A DNA stretch of 64,000 nt from Tetramitus jugosus (taxonomy: Eukaryota > Protista > Heterolobosea). Made by a program: the position numbers and the translations under genes. Below, piece after piece: positions 62,661 to 64,000 of the stretch. The notes under the pieces are model-generated. The model saw only the letters and a program-made list of their open reading frames with translations. It was not told where the DNA came from and did not search any database. Numbering within the stretch: position 1 is the stretch's first letter; every line of letters begins with the position of its first letter. The stretch is taken from NCBI GenBank assembly GCA_937625935.1, contig OW569347.1, positions 186,001-250,000 of the forward strand, written 5' to 3'.

Positions 62661-63419
62661 TTAATGAATTTCGCTATTATCAGGCAAATCACACACAATA
62701 TCACCCTTGCTTGTGACCAGATCCCATGAAGCATACTTTGGCTTTCCATTGTTTGTCTTCAAAAGACTCACAATCTTTTCCCATTGCTTTGGTGGGCACT
62801 TGTCTGGTGCATCAGTAATCTCTGCTTCTTCTCCTCTCAAGTAGACTCTGTCTCCTGGTTCGGATCCCTCTGGTGGACTCAATAGCTTTACACTTTCACC
62901 GTGAGAACCTGCCAATAGCATTGCACTTGACTCAATACCTCTGAGCTTAGCTGGCTTGAGGTTGATGATGCTGCAAACGAGCTTACCTTCCAACTCTTCT
63001 GCCTTGTAGTACTTGAATAGACCTGCAACTACAGTTCTTTCTTGTCCATTGCCTAGATCAGCCTTCAACACGAACATGCTATCTACAATATCAAGCAACA
63101 ATACAAATGAACATTAGCGGATGAATTCTGCATGAGCTTTTGGCGCGCGAAAAAAATTGTGAAAAAAAAACGTACCAGCTTGTGGGTGCTTGGCCACACT
63201 GTGAATTCTAACAACTTGAATGTGAGCATTTTGGAAGACGGCAATATCAGGATTAGATGACTTTTTTGGTGCAGCAGGTTTTTGTTCCTTCTTTGGTTGT
63301 GGTTGTTTCTTCTTTGGTGCCTGTTGTTGTGGAGTGTTGGTGGTGGATGTAGTAGTTACGTTCGACTGGACGAATGCAATGATTCGGTCCAACTCTGCAA
63401 TCGATTGATCAAAAGCCAT
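62661..63419 (-). CDS. tRNA-binding OB-fold protein, Arc1p/AIMP1(EMAP-II)-like (intron 63083-63175)
   Basis: Spliced KHPQA/DSMFVLKADLG...RTVVAGL...NLKPAKLRGIESSAMLLA...PPEGSEPGDRV. Confidence 0.9.
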
Positions 63420-63846
63420 GTTGTTTCTCTGTGTTTGTTTTAGTGCGTTTTTGCTTGAATTCTAAATCACCGACTAGTTTACTCCGGACCTGATGAGTCG
63501 TGGAAGAATACAACCAACACAACTCCACATAAATTGTACCATAGAGTGTCTCATACACATATGAACGAAGGAGGTGCACACCTAAGCTAAGTGGTGTCGC
63601 GGACTACTCTGCCTGAAGGGAGTCGGATGTCAAAAAACAAAAAATAAAAACCAACAAACAATATCTCGCTCAACACAAGCTTTCTCCAGTGATTATACTC
63701 ATCCCACAGAAAACAAATATTTCATCTGAAGAACGAAACAACCAACTTTGATTGGTCACAGAGCGAGTTCTAAAAAAACAAAAACACTACTAACAAACAA
63801 ACCACGTTATTCTTCTTCGCTCGAAGTCGAAGCTTAACCAATTAAT

Positions 63847-64000
63847 ATGAACGATATTTATTTTTGGGAGGAATATGGAGTCACCATGTTCCACGTTCTC
63901 TACCCCATCAAGTACTTGCTTCTGAGCAAACGAATCATGACTTGTGTGAGCAAGGTTCCATCTGATGATGATGATGATAGTTGTATAGAGAGTAGCTCTG
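63847..64000 (+). CDS. Possible 5' end of a gene running off the window
   Basis: Frame open from ATG 63847 (MNDIYFWEEY...MTCVSKVPSDDDDD) to the window end, after an AC-rich leader. Confidence 0.3.
   Translation, partial: MNDIYFWEEYGVTMFHVLYPIKYLLLSKRIMTCVSKVPSDDDDDSCIESSS

Noticed and set aside
63485-63575. Hammerhead ribozyme (CTGATGAG core)
   Set aside because: No GAAA after a plausible stem II (ATAAA instead), and no stem I/III pairing found.
1-64000. Genome-wide UGA-to-Trp reassignment
   Set aside because: Conserved host genes use TGG for Trp with no in-frame TGA, and several end at TGA exactly where homologs end.

Overview
Very gene-dense, roughly 40% GC eukaryotic (protist) nuclear DNA. 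It has short GT-AG introns (64-145 nt) and Q/T/N-rich low-complexity proteins. The gene style suggests Discoba/Heterolobosea, but that is an inference only. The window holds about 34 protein genes (DEG15/TYSND1, Ariadne E3, TAF1B/RRN7, TMEM107, HYOU1, CABIN1, SAS-4-like TCP domain protein, MAT, ADAT3, MPP-beta, ZnT5, ETHE1, lebercilin-like, prefoldin 3, ACAD10/11, VPS11, Arc1/EMAP-II-like and others) and two tRNA genes (Trp-CCA, Asn-GTT). The standout is at 55625-57305: two different poly(A)-tailed retroelements stacked at the same site just upstream of tRNA-Asn, head-to-head with it, and delimited by three copies of a 14-15 bp target-site duplication. One is a 1.33-kb ORF1-only (HAL1-like) element with an in-frame UGA. 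The other is a roughly 210-bp 5'-truncated copy carrying what looks like an ORF2 C-terminus. Both share a GTTGTATGG-poly(A) end and a 10-bp hairpin with a C-UGC-G loop built from different stem sequences. This looks like a tRNA-gene-targeted LINE plus non-autonomous partner, with geometry matching Dictyostelium TRE5. Protein identities were assigned by eye from motifs; no database searches were run.
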